DNA of 15,811 nt, taken from NCBI GenBank assembly GCA_051117555.1, contig JBNPEG010000104.1:1-15811 (forward strand). Direction: 5' to 3'. Shown here piece by piece: positions 15,068 to 15,811 of the stretch. Made by a program: the position numbers and the translations under genes. The notes below the pieces were generated by a model. It made no database searches and was not told the DNA's origin. It was given only the letters and a program-made list of their open reading frames with translations. How positions within the stretch are numbered: position 1 is the stretch's first letter; every line of letters begins with the position of its first letter. Origin of the DNA: Elainellaceae cyanobacterium (lineage in GTDB: Bacteria > Cyanobacteriota > Cyanobacteriia > CAZCXK01).

Positions 15068-15688
15068 ATGTTTACCGATTTTTTCATCAAACGTCCCGTC
15101 TTTGCATCGGTGTGTGCATTGCTCATCATTTTGGTGGGTGCAGTCGGCTATACGCGGCTTCCGGTGCGAGAATATCCCGACATTGAGCCCCCCGTAGTCA
15201 ACGTTTCGACAACTTATCCGGGTGCGAATCCGCGAATTGTTGAAACCGAAGTCACCGAAATTTTAGAAGATGAGATCAACGGCGTTGACGGCATCAGAAC
15301 CTTAAGCTCTGAAAGTAGTCAGTCTACGAGCAGTATTACGATTGAATTTGAGCTGAGTCGAGACTTGGACACGGCGGCTCAAGACGTGCGCGATCGCGTC
15401 GGTCGTGCTGAGGGAAGCTTACCCGATGAGGCTGAAACACCCGTCGTCCGAAAACAGTCTGGAGACGCATCCGCAATCGTTTGGTTTGCGCTCTACGGTG
15501 AGAATTTCAGCACCTTGGAATTAAGCAACTATGCCGACCAAACACTGGTAGATCAGCTTGAATCAGTATCTGGGGTAAGCCGGGTTCAAATTGGGGGTGA
15601 ACGTCGCTACGCGATGCGGCTATGGATTGACCCGCGTAAGCTAGCAGCTCGCAACCTCACTATTTTAGATGTTGAGCAAGTTCTCTTA
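15068..15688 (+). pseudogene. RND permease (AcrB/AcrD/AcrF family), 5' part interrupted by IS630
   Basis: 'FFIKRPVFASV', 'LPVREYPDIEPPVV.V...YPGA', 'YAMRLWIDP.KL'. Homology ends at DVEQVLL (codon 207) and is followed by IS-derived YQFSRDRLQIKRPK*. Full-length proteins exceed 1000 aa. Confidence 0.9.
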
Positions 15689-15811
15689 TACCAATTCTCT
15701 AGAGACCGGCTACAGATAAAGCGTCCAAAATAGACTGCCTTCCTGCGATCGAGGCAACGATGGGAGGGGTTAAGGCGAGCAAACGCTCCCGTATCAGTTG
15801 GCGCAACTCAT
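15689..15811 (-). mobile_element. IS630-family insertion sequence, right end (partial)
   Basis: TA at 15687-15688 is followed by TACCAATTCTC.... A minus-strand transposase-like C-terminus stops 10 bp from the end. Confidence 0.8.
15699..15809 (-). CDS. IS630-family transposase C-terminus (partial)
   Basis: Reads ...ELRQLIRERLLALTPPIVASIAGRQSILDALSVAGL*, resembling the recalled tail of cyanobacterial IS630 transposases (L.ELR...L..LT...IAS..G...IL.ALSVA.). Confidence 0.75.
   Translation of the reverse strand, partial: ELRQLIRERLLALTPPIVASIAGRQSILDALSVAGL

Larger units (their letters stand above)
1182..15397. repeat. HIP1 octamer GCGATCGC dispersed through the window (~30 copies)
   Basis: Examples at 1182, 1463, 2023, 2843, 3123, 5611, 7212, 11321, 14871 and 15390. 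Less than one copy is expected by chance in 16 kb. This is a cyanobacterial hallmark. Confidence 0.95.

Noticed and set aside
1146..15197. Remaining nested or antisense ORFs in the track
   Set aside because: They overlap well-supported genes and have no independent coding signal.
1..15811. Defence system, prophage, tRNA or rRNA
   Set aside because: No nuclease, RT, integrase or phage motifs and no cloverleaf or rRNA-like sequence were seen. HIP1 density is host-like throughout.

Overview
This is a chromosomal window from a cyanobacterium: about 30 hand-counted copies of the HIP1 octamer GCGATCGC, plus cyanobacterial-type desA, HHL1-like and slr2103-like genes. In order it holds a partial SnoaL/NTF2 gene (missed by the ORF track), a 69-aa two-repeat protein resembling a doubled GS-inactivating factor (IF7/GifA) core, the TIGR02587/TIGR02588 pair, HHL1-like, a hypothetical membrane protein, desA and ilvA. 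These are followed by a frameshifted PEP-CTERM remnant, mtfA, an slr2103-like acyltransferase, rarD, TVP38/DedA, DUF3291 divergent from a MocR/GabR regulator, and an RND efflux operon whose permease is cut at a TA site by an IS630-family element. Intergenic DNA is crowded with miniature mobile/REP-like elements: two families present twice, GTAG-type REPs, and a 21-bp array with an 83-bp higher-order period. No rRNA, tRNA or CRISPR array was found. Family calls rest on recalled motifs, not on database searches.
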